A model generated the notes under the pieces. The model was not told where the DNA came from. It saw only the letters and a list, made by a program, of their open reading frames with translations, and made no database searches. Made by a program: the position numbers and the translations under genes. DNA of 64,000 nt, taken from Myxococcales bacterium (lineage in GTDB: Bacteria > Desulfobacterota > Binatia > UTPRO1 > JBBIJE01). Where the stretch lies: contig JBBIJE010000002.1 in assembly GCA_037446155.1 (NCBI GenBank), positions 9,171 to 73,170 of the forward strand. Direction: 5' to 3'. This document shows positions 37,332 to 47,088 of this stretch, one piece after another (the first letter of the stretch is position 1; each line of letters starts with the position of its first letter).

Positions 37332-38378
37332 CTAGGCCGAGCGAGCCGGGGGCGCCTCGAGTACGATCGCCTTGCGTCTCGACTCCTTCACGAATCCGCG
37401 CGCAAGCAGCCACTCGATCGTGCGCCGCAGCACTTCCTTGCAGGGGAGGAAGCGGTAGCCGAGCTCGCGGCGTGCCTTCTCCGAGCTGAAGTAGCCATAG
37501 GTGCCGTGGAACTCGGCCACCTGCTCGGTAGTGACCATGGGAGTCGCTCCGAACAGACGCCCCCCTGCCTCCATGAGAGCGGCGGCGATTCGAAAAACCA
37601 GCTTGGGAGCGCGCCCGCGAGGGGCGGGTAGGCCGGTGAGCTCGGCGATCGTCTCGTAGAAGGCCCGCACCGTCACGTTCTCTCCGGCCAGGATGTATCT
37701 TTCACCAGCCCGCCCCTTCTTTTCAGCCGCCAGGCAGCCTCGCGCCACGTCCTCGACGTCCACCACGCTGAACCCACCGTCGAAGTAAACCGGGGTAGGA
37801 AAATTGATGAAGTCGAGGACCAGCTTCACCGAAGAGCTCACGCCGTAGAATCCGGGACCGAGGATCAGGCCGGGAAGGACGAAGACGACCGGCAAACCGC
37901 TCCTTTTTTGCGCTTCGACCGCGGCGCGCTCCGCCGCTAGCTTGGCCCGTAAATACGCGGTGCGCCACTCCGTGGCATGGTGACTTTCATCCCGGCACTG
38001 CGTTGGCCCGCGGCCGAATCCGATCGTACCCGCGGTGCTCACGTAGACCGCGCGCTCCACCCCGTGGCGCTCGATTGCACGGATTATGGCCCTGCTTCCT
38101 TCGACCGTGGGCCGCACGATTTCTCGCTCCGCATCCCTCGCCCAGAAAAGGAAAGCCGCGGCAGCGTGATAAACTGCGGCGCAACCGCGCACCGCGCGGT
38201 CCATGGCCTCCGCGTCGAGGAGGTCCCCGTAGACCCGCTCGACATCCAATCCCTCCAGGGGCGTCAGGTTGCTGGTGCGCCGCACCATTACCCTGACCTC
38301 CCGGCCTTCTGCCAAAAGCATCCGCACGATGTTGTTGCCGAGATGACCATTGGCACCGGTGACCAACACTTTGCCCAT
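37332..38378 (-). CDS. NAD-dependent epimerase/dehydratase (extended SDR)
   Basis: MGKVLVTGANGHLGNNIVRML Rossmann motif and a YxxxK region. Confidence 0.85.
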   Translation of the reverse strand: MGKVLVTGANGHLGNNIVRMLLAEGREVRVMVRRTSNLTPLEGLDVERVYGDLLDAEAMDRAVRGCAAVYHAAAAFLFWARDAEREIVRPTVEGSRAIIRAIERHGVERAVYVSTAGTIGFGRGPTQCRDESHHATEWRTAYLRAKLAAERAAVEAQKRSGLPVVFVLPGLILGPGFYGVSSSVKLVLDFINFPTPVYFDGGFSVVDVEDVARGCLAAEKKGRAGERYILAGENVTVRAFYETIAELTGLPAPRGRAPKLVFRIAAALMEAGGRLFGATPMVTTEQVAEFHGTYGYFSSEKARRELGYRFLPCKEVLRRTIEWLLARGFVKESRRKAIVLEAPPARSA

Positions 38379-38401
38379 ACGCGCCCCTCCTCGAGCCGCC
38401 C

Positions 38402-38431
38402 CCGGGCAGGCCGACGCGAAAGCCTGCCCGG
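38402..38431 (-). promoter_or_regulatory. GC-rich hairpin (10-bp perfect stem CCGGGCAGGC/GCCTGCCCGG, 10-nt loop) in the 5' leader of the epimerase gene, downstream of the methyltransferase gene
   Basis: Read directly: cccgggcaggc-cgacgcgaaa-gcctgcccgg. No U-tract follows on the transcribed strand, so it is not a classic intrinsic terminator. Confidence 0.3.
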
Positions 38432-38548
38432 CTCGGAGCCGCTGAACTTGCAGCTAATCAAGCCCGAGCACGGCTTACAAGACCCGCAGCGACGCCCTGC
38501 TCGCGCGCACGCGCCGAGCCACCGCCTCTGGTCCCCAGTGCGACGCGG

Positions 38549-39256
38549 CTAGGGCTTTTGCGCAATCAGAAGGATCTCCGGCTTGAGAAGACGAGCGGCC
38601 AGCAAGTTGAGGGGATAATAACGAAACATCGAGCCGCTGCGGTAGAGCTCGACGACAGCAAAATATCTCTCCACGAGAGACCTGAACTCGGCCAGGGTCC
38701 ACTCGTGAAGGTGGGTGTCGTCGTAGAGGAAGCGATGAAACGAGAATTCGTAGTCGAAGGTGGTGAATACCGCTCGGCCGCCCTTCTTCAAAACGCGCCT
38801 CGCCTCCCCCAGCAGCGCCTCAGGCTCGCGTACGTGCTCTATCGTATTGACACAGCAGACTCGATCGAAGCTCTGCGAAGAGAAGCCCAAGCGAGCGGCA
38901 TCCATCCTGGCGAGAACGAGCGAGGGGGGCCCGAGCCCTGCGGCCTCGAGCCAACGGTCGACGCCGACAGCCTCGCAACCCATGCGCTCGAGCTCGGCGC
39001 AGTAGTCGCCCACGCCGCATCCGAGATCCAGTACTCGCATACCCGACTCGAGCTTCAACGCCGCGAGGACCTCTCTCATCTGCGGATCCGTACGCGGGGT
39101 GCGCTCGAAATATCCCTTCCGTCCGCCGAAGCGCCGCTCATGATAGCCTCCGTAAGAAGGCCATGCGACCGTGGCCGACTCGAAACCGCATCGGCGGCAG
39201 CGGGCCCCCCTCGAAGCGAGAAAGAAATAGGGCCGATTACAGGAAGGGCAGCGCAT
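38549..39256 (-). CDS. Class I SAM-dependent methyltransferase with N-terminal Zn-ribbon
   Basis: CPSCNRPY...CRRCG zinc ribbon, then VLDLGCGVGDY (motif I). Confidence 0.8.
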   Translation of the reverse strand: MRCPSCNRPYFFLASRGARCRRCGFESATVAWPSYGGYHERRFGGRKGYFERTPRTDPQMREVLAALKLESGMRVLDLGCGVGDYCAELERMGCEAVGVDRWLEAAGLGPPSLVLARMDAARLGFSSQSFDRVCCVNTIEHVREPEALLGEARRVLKKGGRAVFTTFDYEFSFHRFLYDDTHLHEWTLAEFRSLVERYFAVVELYRSGSMFRYYPLNLLAARLLKPEILLIAQKP

Positions 39257-39395
39257 CCCGCAGCCTACTCACTCTACAGGAAAGACCTTGCCAGGTGGAA
39301 CATACCAAAAGAGAGGAAAAGCCGAACATGCCTCTTACCCGGGGCGCTCGCCCGCCCGCGCTTCGTTGCTCGAGTTCCTCGGGTCTGGTAGAGGT

Positions 39396-39650
39396 ATGAC
39401 GATGCGGCCAAAAGAGGAGAGTTCGCGAGCACCCGACCTGATCGTCGATCTTCGGGGAGTGCGCTGCCCGCTCAACTGGGCTAGAGCCAAGGTAACGCTG
39501 GAGGGATTGGAGCCGGGGGCGCTCGTCGCCTTTCGCCTGGACGACGAGCGAGGCGTGCGGGACATGCCTCGGGCGGCGGAGGCCGAAGGGCACCAGGTCG
39601 TCGAAGTGCGAGAAGAGGATGGGGGCTGGGTCATAGCGATAGAGAAGTAA
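39396..39650 (+). CDS. TusA-like sulfurtransferase (SirA/YedF family)
   Basis: DLRGVRCPLNWARAKVTL carries the CPxP motif. Start MTMRPK within ORF 39288-39650. Confidence 0.7.
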   Translation: MTMRPKEESSRAPDLIVDLRGVRCPLNWARAKVTLEGLEPGALVAFRLDDERGVRDMPRAAEAEGHQVVEVREEDGGWVIAIEK

Positions 39651-39698
39651 CGCCTGGCGCCTTCGCGGCTGCTCCCAACAGGCTCGCCGTCACCCCTC

Positions 39699-40142
39699 TC
39701 AATAGGGACAAGGGTAGCGGGGAAGAGGACCGTACCACCAGTAAAACAGAGGTGGTCCGTACCACCACCAACAATCGGCGAAAGGATACGCGCGGTCTGC
39801 GATTTCCCCCTGGCGGCGCAACTGCTCGAGGTAAGCATCCTGGATCTCGTCGATCACCTTGGTGCTCACGCCGGCCGAATGAAGCGCGATCACCTCGTCG
39901 GCAGAGAGCCGGTAGAAGGTTCCTGAAGACCTTATTTTGTCGATGATCTCGGCATCCCCCACCCCCTCCTGGCTCATTCTGATAATCTCGTCCAGCCCAA
40001 GCGGTGGTGGCGGCTTCGGCCGCGCCGTCAGGGGGGCGCAGGCCGCAACGGAGATAACGACGAAAAGGAAGAGGAGGCAAAGCTTGCCCCTCCTCTCCTG
40101 CCGCTCTCCAACCTCGCATCCTGACCGATAGCGCATGGTCAT
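39699..40142 (-). CDS. Hypothetical lipoprotein with aromatic/Pro-rich C-terminus
   Basis: Start MTMRYRS within ORF 39699-40556. Signal peptide plus lipobox VAAC. C-terminus CWWWYGPPLFYWWYGPLPRYPCPY. Confidence 0.5.
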   Translation of the reverse strand: MTMRYRSGCEVGERQERRGKLCLLFLFVVISVAACAPLTARPKPPPPLGLDEIIRMSQEGVGDAEIIDKIRSSGTFYRLSADEVIALHSAGVSTKVIDEIQDAYLEQLRRQGEIADRAYPFADCWWWYGPPLFYWWYGPLPRYPCPY

Positions 40143-40474
40143 TGCCGCGGTGCCTCGCGGTCCTCGCCGCTTGGGAGCCCCGCCAGCGGGCCTGCCGCGC
40201 CCGTTCGGTCGAGCAAGCGGGCGAGGGGGAGAAAAAGGGCCGGTAAGACGATCGCCGCAATGCCGGAGGCGACCGTCCCGAGCAGCAAAGCCATGTGCCG
40301 AGCCCTGGCGATCTGATAGTCCGCCTGATAGAGCAAATGTCCGGGGTGGCGTTCCAAGGCGAGAACGGCCCGGCGGTACGCATCGTCTCGCGCAAGTTCC
40401 AAGCCGAAAAAGACTCCGGCGCCGGCGCCAGAAAGAAAGAAGGCGAGGGCGAGGATGCGTAGGGCTTTGCTCAC
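40139..40474 (-). CDS. Hypothetical small 2-TM membrane protein (uncertain)
   Basis: Hydrophobic stretches ILALAFFLSGAGAGVFFGL and LLLGTVASGIAAIVLPALFLPL. Possible GTG start with a 4-nt overlap on the ArgA-like gene. Confidence 0.25.
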   Translation of the reverse strand: MSKALRILALAFFLSGAGAGVFFGLELARDDAYRRAVLALERHPGHLLYQADYQIARARHMALLLGTVASGIAAIVLPALFLPLARLLDRTGAAGPLAGLPSGEDREAPRQ

Positions 40475-41583
40475 AGATCCAACCTGAGTGTCGTGATGCG
40501 GGCGCGCCGCTCCCGATCGTAGTCGCGCCACTTCTCGGGGGGCACCTGGGCTGCATCCACGGTCCTGAAACCCTGGTGGAGGAAAAACTCGACCGCGTGG
40601 GGATTGGCGGTGCAGGCGAACAGGTAGGAAAGGCCTAGCCTCCTGGCCTCCCGCACCACGGCGCCGAGCAGCCTAGAGCCTACCCCCCCTCCCTTGAACC
40701 GGCTCACCGTGCAAAGGGCGACGACCTCTCCAGCCGCCACCTCCCGGCTTCGGTACTGCCCCAGGGCACATACTCCCGCCAGCCGATGCGAGCCGACAGT
40801 GGCTCCCCACGTATCCGGCAAGAGGGCCGCTATCTCGGCCTCCGATCTAGGCTTGAGAAATCCTTCCTCCTGCCCTCTGCGGATGAAGCTCTCCACCTCT
40901 CGCGCATCGTCTATACCCACCCGACTCACCCGGCAGTAGTCCTCCATGGTGCACACGGTTCCAGTCCCTTGATAACTGAAAAGCTCACCGGCCAGGCCCT
41001 CCAGCGTGCAGATGCTGACCGATTCGACCCCGCCCCTTAGCGCAGCGCACGCCGCCTCCACCACCTCGCGCCTGTCCCCCTGCTCGACGAGATCCGACAG
41101 GCCGACCACGTCGACGAAGGAGCAAAGCTCCCCTTTGGCGTTGCGCAGGCCACCCTGCCGGTCCACTATTACGAGCTTGTGTACTCTGAGGCGCGCGCAT
41201 ATCGCGGAGGCTTCATTGACGGCCGCCTGCCGACTGACGTGCCCTAGGGTTACCAAAACCATGCTGTGTTCTCGAGCCGCCTGCCAGATTGCCCGCACCG
41301 TGGCATCGGCCGCCGCTTCTGAGGCCATCTCGACCGACGCCAGTCGCGCGCGAGCGCAAGACGCGATCGAACCAGCTACCCTTTCCGCCTCGCCCCTGTC
41401 CAGGCCATCCAGGAAGAATATCACTCTGGTTGAATTGGCTACCAGATCGGACGCCACGTCGGCCAAGGCGCCAGAGCGCTCGCGAAGGCAGCCAGCGCCG
41501 ACGGCAACCGCCAGCGTCTTGCCACGGAACTCTTCGAGGTAGAACTCCTTTTCGGCAAAATCGCCCGACTGGCATGGCTCCAT
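40471..41583 (-). CDS. Amino-acid N-acetyltransferase (N-acetylglutamate-synthase-like: amino-acid-kinase fold + GNAT)
   Basis: N-terminal kinase-like domain (RVIFFLDGLDRGEAERV..., MVLVTLGHVSRQAAVNEASA) and C-terminal GNAT (ALCTVSRFKGGGVGSRLL). Confidence 0.75.
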   Translation of the reverse strand: MEPCQSGDFAEKEFYLEEFRGKTLAVAVGAGCLRERSGALADVASDLVANSTRVIFFLDGLDRGEAERVAGSIASCARARLASVEMASEAAADATVRAIWQAAREHSMVLVTLGHVSRQAAVNEASAICARLRVHKLVIVDRQGGLRNAKGELCSFVDVVGLSDLVEQGDRREVVEAACAALRGGVESVSICTLEGLAGELFSYQGTGTVCTMEDYCRVSRVGIDDAREVESFIRRGQEEGFLKPRSEAEIAALLPDTWGATVGSHRLAGVCALGQYRSREVAAGEVVALCTVSRFKGGGVGSRLLGAVVREARRLGLSYLFACTANPHAVEFFLHQGFRTVDAAQVPPEKWRDYDRERRARITTLRLDL

Positions 41584-41626
41584 CGCTCACCCCACTGTCC
41601 TCCCCAATGCCCTAAAGCGGCGCCGG

Positions 41627-43372
41627 TTGCAATCGGCCGCGGCGCGCCTTACAAGAGTGCCCATGCTCCGCCGCGCTCGCCGCCTCTTCGCGGCTTGTTT
41701 CTCGTCGATCCTCGCCGTCGCTTGCACGGCTCTTGCCGCCGGCACGAGCTCGCCACCGCCAGGGGCGCGCGCAGCGGTAGCCGCGGAGGATCCGCGGGCG
41801 GCTGAAATCGGCGCCGCAGCGTTCGCAGCCGGCGGCGGCGTAGTCGACGCCGCAGTGGCCACCGCCTTTGCAGTCTGCGTATTGCATCTATCCTCGTGCG
41901 GTCCGGGCGGCGGAGGGTTCATGCTCGCTTACGATGCCTCGGCGGGCGAGGCCTACGCCCTGGATTTTCGCGAAGTCGCCCCTTCGGCTTTGGAAGAAAG
42001 ATTGGTGCTTACCGCCGGCGAGCCCGATCCGGCGAAGCTACGGCGTGGGGGACTGGCGGTTGGCGTGCCTGGTTTCGTGGCAGGGCTTCTCGCCGCTCAT
42101 GCGCGCTTTGGCAAGCTCAGCCTTTCGCGGCTTCTCGCTCCATCCGTCGAGCTTGCAGAAAAAGGGTTCCCCATAGGGGAGCATCTGGCTGCCCAGATCA
42201 GCCGCGAGCGCGAGGGTCTGGCGGAATCGCCCGAGCTGCGCGCGCTATTTTTCGACGAAGGGGGAGAGCCTAAAGGAGCAGGCGCAACGCTGGCGTGGCC
42301 CGCATTGGCCGAAACCCTTAGGTCCGTGGCGAGCGCGGGAGAGGACGCCTTTTACCGGGGCGGTACGGCCTCCTCGATCGTGTCCGCCGTCAAAGCGGCC
42401 GGCGGCGTGATAACCGCGCGCGATCTAGAAAGTTATCGGCCGCTGTGGCGCCGGCCGCTCGCCGGCAGATATCGGGGACTTACGCTTCTCACCATGCCGC
42501 CGCCGGGCTCGGGAGGCGTAGTCATCGAGATCCTCAACGTGCTCAGCGCTTACGAGCTAGCCTCCCTCGGTAGCGATTCCCCAACCTACCTCCACCTTCT
42601 TGCCGAAGCCATGCGGGTCGGTTTTTCGGATCGCGCCTTGTGGTATGGAGATCCAGCATACACGGAAGTCCCCCTCGAGCGGCTGCTCTCGGCGAGTCAT
42701 GCCGCGAAGCTGCGAAGCTCGATCTCGCACCTGCGGGCGGGCGACGCGAGAGAAACCGAACAGCCGGCCGACTCAGGCACCTCCCACCTCTCGGTCATCG
42801 ACGAGAGAGGCAACGCGGCCGCAATCACCGTGACGATCAACACGGCCTTCGGGTCGCTTCTCGCGGTTCCCGAAACCGGCATCATCTTGAACAACGAAAT
42901 GGATGACTTCTCGCTCCCGAAGCGAACATCCAATTTCTACGGATTGACGGGAGCGGAGCCAAACAGGATCGCGCCGGGCAAACGACCCTTGAGCAGCATG
43001 TCGCCCACCATTGCGGTGGCAGAGGGGAAGGCGACGCTCGCGATCGGAGCATCGGGGGGACCGAGGATAATCAGTTCGATCGTCCAGGTCCTCATCGAAA
43101 TCGTGGACTTCGGGCGAAGCAGCCAACATGCCGTCGCCTCCTCCCGCATCCACCATCAGGGAGTCCCGTCGAAGCTTTTCTTCGAGCCGCGCCTGCCCCC
43201 GTTGAGCGGGCTTAGGCTGCGCAGAATGGGACACGAGCTTGCGCTCGAGCCAGAACTGGGTGCGGTCCAGGTGGCCCAGCGGTTCGCCGCAGGCCTTGCC
43301 GCGGCCGCCGATCCCAGAAAACACGGAGGGGTCGCCTACTGGGCGCCAGCCACCGACCCGGCCACTCGCTAA
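41627..43372 (+). CDS. ggt: Gamma-glutamyltranspeptidase
   Basis: Signal peptide. Catalytic Thr in SGTSHLSVID. GNAAAITVTINTAFGS and GIILNNEMDDFS. Confidence 0.9.
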   Translation: MQSAAARLTRVPMLRRARRLFAACFSSILAVACTALAAGTSSPPPGARAAVAAEDPRAAEIGAAAFAAGGGVVDAAVATAFAVCVLHLSSCGPGGGGFMLAYDASAGEAYALDFREVAPSALEERLVLTAGEPDPAKLRRGGLAVGVPGFVAGLLAAHARFGKLSLSRLLAPSVELAEKGFPIGEHLAAQISREREGLAESPELRALFFDEGGEPKGAGATLAWPALAETLRSVASAGEDAFYRGGTASSIVSAVKAAGGVITARDLESYRPLWRRPLAGRYRGLTLLTMPPPGSGGVVIEILNVLSAYELASLGSDSPTYLHLLAEAMRVGFSDRALWYGDPAYTEVPLERLLSASHAAKLRSSISHLRAGDARETEQPADSGTSHLSVIDERGNAAAITVTINTAFGSLLAVPETGIILNNEMDDFSLPKRTSNFYGLTGAEPNRIAPGKRPLSSMSPTIAVAEGKATLAIGASGGPRIISSIVQVLIEIVDFGRSSQHAVASSRIHHQGVPSKLFFEPRLPPLSGLRLRRMGHELALEPELGAVQVAQRFAAGLAAAADPRKHGGVAYWAPATDPATR

Positions 43373-43411
43373 GCGCCGAGATGGCGGCTGGCAGGAGCCC
43401 GTTCGACTTCC

Positions 43412-44689
43412 TTACAGCCGGATCGTCTGCTCGCGGCCGGCACCGACCGAAATCATGCACACCCTGGTGCCGGTCAACTCTTCCAGCCGGTGTATGTACC
43501 GCCGAGCCGCTGCCGGCAGCTCCTCCAGGCGCCTCAGATCCCCCAAGGGCTCCTTCCACCCTGGCAGATCCTCGAAGACCGGCTCGACCGCCGCCATTAC
43601 CCTCTCATTTGCCGGCACGTGCGCGAACTCGGCCCCGTCGTATCGATAGGCTCGGCAAACGCGAATCGGATCGATGCCCGAAAGCACGTCGAGCTTGGTG
43701 ATGGCCAAACCGGTGAGCCCGTTCAAGCGCGCGGCTTGGCGCACCACCACGGCATCGAACCATCCGCAGCGGCGCGGCCGGCCGGTGGTCGATCCGAATT
43801 CCCTCCCTTCCTCTCGCAGACGCTCCCCGAGCTCGTTATCGAGCTCGGTCGGAAACGGCCCGCTTCCCACTCTGGTAGTATATGCCTTACAGATCCCGAT
43901 CACCTCGTCTACCATTCGAGGCGATATGCCGGCGCCGGCGCACACACCCCCGGCAACCGTGTTGGAAGAGGTGACGAAGGGATAGGTCCCGTGATCGACG
44001 TCGAGCATCATGCCCTGTGCCCCTTCGAACAACACGCGTTTCCCTTCGCCGATCGCCCGGTGGAGGTAAAGCGCCGTATCGGTCACATACTGGCCGAGGA
44101 GGTCGCGAAAGCGAAGGTACCTGGAGAGGATCTCCTCACCGCTCATCTCTTTCTCCTCGAGGACGCAGCGCAGATAGAGATTTTTCTCCCGCAAATTGCG
44201 CTCGAGCTTGGCGCGAAAGAGCGTTTCGTCGATGAGATCCACGAAGCGGATGCCGGTGCGCGCCACCTTATCTTCGTAAGCTGGCCCTATTCCCCTCCCT
44301 GTCGTTCCGATCTTCCCGCTTCCTCTTCTTTTCTCGCGCGCCAGATCGATGGCTTTGTGGTAGGGCATGATCAAGTGCGCCTGCTCGCTTATCTTGAGGG
44401 AGCTCGGGTCGGATAGGAAGCCCCGCTTGCGCAGGGACTCTATCTCCTCGATCAAGACCTCCGGATCGACTACCGTGCCACCGGCTATGACGCAGACCTT
44501 GCCGGCGTGAAGCACCCCCGACGGTACCAGATGAAGCACCGTCAGCTCGGATCCTACCATGAGCGTGTGTCCGGCGTTGTTCCCCCCATGGAAGCGAACG
44601 ACCACATCCGCTTCGCTGGCGAGCAGGTCCACGACCTTGCCCTTGCCTTCATCGCCCCACTGGGCTCCAACGACCACGATGGTACCCAT
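43412..44689 (-). CDS. purA: Adenylosuccinate synthetase
   Basis: MGTIVVVGAQWGDEGKGKVVDLL P-loop, GGNNAGHT, TTGRGIGPAYEDK. Confidence 0.95.
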   Translation of the reverse strand: MGTIVVVGAQWGDEGKGKVVDLLASEADVVVRFHGGNNAGHTLMVGSELTVLHLVPSGVLHAGKVCVIAGGTVVDPEVLIEEIESLRKRGFLSDPSSLKISEQAHLIMPYHKAIDLAREKRRGSGKIGTTGRGIGPAYEDKVARTGIRFVDLIDETLFRAKLERNLREKNLYLRCVLEEKEMSGEEILSRYLRFRDLLGQYVTDTALYLHRAIGEGKRVLFEGAQGMMLDVDHGTYPFVTSSNTVAGGVCAGAGISPRMVDEVIGICKAYTTRVGSGPFPTELDNELGERLREEGREFGSTTGRPRRCGWFDAVVVRQAARLNGLTGLAITKLDVLSGIDPIRVCRAYRYDGAEFAHVPANERVMAAVEPVFEDLPGWKEPLGDLRRLEELPAAARRYIHRLEELTGTRVCMISVGAGREQTIRL

Positions 44690-44695
44690 CGTCTT

Positions 44696-45694
44696 TCAAG
44701 CCTCGAGCCGCCTCGCCTCGAGCTTGCCCGAAAGTGGCGGCACGTTTACAGCATACCTCAGCTCCCCGCCCTCGAAAAAGCGCCTGATCTCGCCCGCAAG
44801 CTCGACCGCAAGCCGGGCCTGCGCCTCGCGGGTTCTGGAGCCCAAGTGCGGCGTGAGCACGACGTTATCCATGGAGAGGAGCGGGTGCCCAGGCGGAGGC
44901 GGCTCCCGCGAGAAGACATCCAGAGCCACACCCCCCAGATGCCCGTCGGCTAGCGCCGCCGCCAACGCGGCTTCGTCCACGATCCCGCCGCGCGAGCAGT
45001 TGACGAGGCGAGCTCCCCGTTTCATCTTTGCTATCGCTCGCTCGCCGATGAGCCCGCGCGTCGCGGGGGTCAAAGGGACGTGAAGCGATACGAAATCGGC
45101 TCTGGCAAGGAGGGTATCGAGATCCACGAGCTCTACCGCGGCCCTCGTCGCGCCCCCCATCGCCGCCGCCGGGTCGTGGCCCACCACGCGCATGCCGATC
45201 GCCGAAGCCAGCTCGGCCACGATGCTCCCTATCCTCCCCAGCCCGATCACTCCCATCACCTTGCCTCGCAGCTCGCAACCCGTGAGCCCGGCCCTGGACC
45301 AGCCGCCGGCCTTTACCATCGCATCGCCCTGAGGAATCTTTCGCGCCAAGGCGAGGACCATCCCTATGGTATGTTCTGCCGTCGAAACCGCGCTTCCGCT
45401 GGGCGCGTTGACAACCGGTATCTTGCGGCGGGTCGCCTCCTCGACGTCGATGTTGTCCACACCGATACCCGCCCGACCGATCACGCACAGTCGCGAGGCC
45501 GCCGCCAGCACATCCGCGTCCACCCGCGTAGCCCCGCGCACGATCAAGCCGTGCACCCCACCGACACGCCGCAAAAGATCCCTCTTCGCCAACCCTGGCG
45601 CCAGTTCGATATCGAGGGTGCCCGCGGCGTCCAAGACGGCGCCGCCGGCGGCCGGGAAGGGATCGGTTATCAGTACCTGGAACTTAGCCAACAT
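44696..45694 (-). CDS. D-isomer-specific 2-hydroxyacid dehydrogenase (SerA / hydroxypyruvate-reductase-like)
   Basis: NAD-binding GVIGLGRIGSIVA. Catalytic region NCSRGGIVDEAAL. Confidence 0.85.
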   Translation of the reverse strand: MLAKFQVLITDPFPAAGGAVLDAAGTLDIELAPGLAKRDLLRRVGGVHGLIVRGATRVDADVLAAASRLCVIGRAGIGVDNIDVEEATRRKIPVVNAPSGSAVSTAEHTIGMVLALARKIPQGDAMVKAGGWSRAGLTGCELRGKVMGVIGLGRIGSIVAELASAIGMRVVGHDPAAAMGGATRAAVELVDLDTLLARADFVSLHVPLTPATRGLIGERAIAKMKRGARLVNCSRGGIVDEAALAAALADGHLGGVALDVFSREPPPPGHPLLSMDNVVLTPHLGSRTREAQARLAVELAGEIRRFFEGGELRYAVNVPPLSGKLEARRLEA

Positions 45695-45729
45695 GCCGCC
45701 AGCGCGGCGAGCTCCCGCACGGGCTCGTT

Positions 45730-46875
45730 CTAGGCCGGCATGCCCTCCATCAGCACGGCCTGCGCCGCACCGACCGACTTGCCGAACTCCACGGGGTAGC
45801 CGAAGCGCGCCAACGCCATCTCGAGCGCTCCGAGCCCGACGATCAGGTCGAAGGTTCCCGCGTATCCGATGTGGGCTATCCTCACGATCTTGCCCTTGAG
45901 GTGATCCTGCCCGCCGGCGAAGGTGACTCCCATCTTGTCCCGCAAGTAGCTCACGAGCTTCTTGCCGTCCACCTTCTCCGGCACGAGAATCGCCGTGAGG
46001 GCTGGACTGGGGCTCTCCGGCGCAAGAAGCTTGAGCCCTATCGCCTGCGCGCCGGCTCTGCCAGCCCGGGCCAGTCGGTCGTGGCGGGCGAAGACCTGCT
46101 TGAGCCCCTCCCCCAGGATCAGCTTGAGAGCGGCTCGCAGTCCCACGATCATAGATATCGCCGGCGTGTAGGCCGTGGTATGCTTTGCCTGATTGTCCCG
46201 TTCCCGGGTTAGGTCGAAATAGAACTTGGGGAGCCTCGCTTTCTTGGTGGCCTCCCAGGCGCGCTCGCTGAGACTTATGAAAGCCAGACCGGGGGGGAGC
46301 ATGAGCGCCTTCTGAGACCCGGTAACGAGCACATCCACGCCCCAGTCGTCCATGGGCAGATCCACCACGCCGACCGCCGTTATCCCATCTACGATGAGGA
46401 GGGTTTGGCTGCGACGGGTGAGAGCGGCTATCTCCTTTACCGGGTGCAGCACGCCGGTAGAGGTTTCGCTGGCCTGGATGAGGAGCGCCCGAGCGGGGCC
46501 GCGGCTGAGCGCTGCTTCGACCTCGGCCACGCTCACCGCCTTACCCCACTCTACCTTGATCTCGTCCACCGCAACGCCATACGATCCGCAGATCTTAGCC
46601 CACCGCTCGCCGAATTTCCCGCCGTTCACCACGATCACGCGATCGTCGGGAGAAAGGGTGTTGCTGACGGCAGCTTCCATCGCCCCGGTGCCGGAAGCGG
46701 CCAACACCAGGACATCCTGCGTGGTTTGAAATAGCTTTTTCAAGTCCTCCTGAGCCTCGGCGAAAATAGCCTCGAACTGGGGGGTTCGATGATGAATCAC
46801 CGGCTCCGCCATGGCCAAGAGCACTCCTGCCGGGACCGGCGTCGGACCCGGCGCCATGAGGTATCTCTTGATCAT
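45730..46875 (-). CDS. Class V aminotransferase (serine-glyoxylate / alanine-glyoxylate type)
   Basis: MAPGPTPVPAGVL N-terminus and the PLP-lysine region DVLVTGSQKALMLPPG. Confidence 0.85.
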   Translation of the reverse strand: MIKRYLMAPGPTPVPAGVLLAMAEPVIHHRTPQFEAIFAEAQEDLKKLFQTTQDVLVLAASGTGAMEAAVSNTLSPDDRVIVVNGGKFGERWAKICGSYGVAVDEIKVEWGKAVSVAEVEAALSRGPARALLIQASETSTGVLHPVKEIAALTRRSQTLLIVDGITAVGVVDLPMDDWGVDVLVTGSQKALMLPPGLAFISLSERAWEATKKARLPKFYFDLTRERDNQAKHTTAYTPAISMIVGLRAALKLILGEGLKQVFARHDRLARAGRAGAQAIGLKLLAPESPSPALTAILVPEKVDGKKLVSYLRDKMGVTFAGGQDHLKGKIVRIAHIGYAGTFDLIVGLGALEMALARFGYPVEFGKSVGAAQAVLMEGMPA

Positions 46876-47088
46876 ACGCCTCTTCCTCCGAAGTGGCGGC
46901 GCGGCGGGAACGAAAAAAGCCCGGCTACCCCTCCTTTGGCCTCCGAGGCGCCGGGCTCACCGATCGGCTGCACCTTCCAAGGTATTCCTAACTATCAAAA
47001 ACGCGACCCGCGCCGACCCAACCGATTGAGTAAAAACCCGAAACAAGCTAACGGAAGGCCTAGGCGAAGTCAAGGCTAGCAAGGAGGT

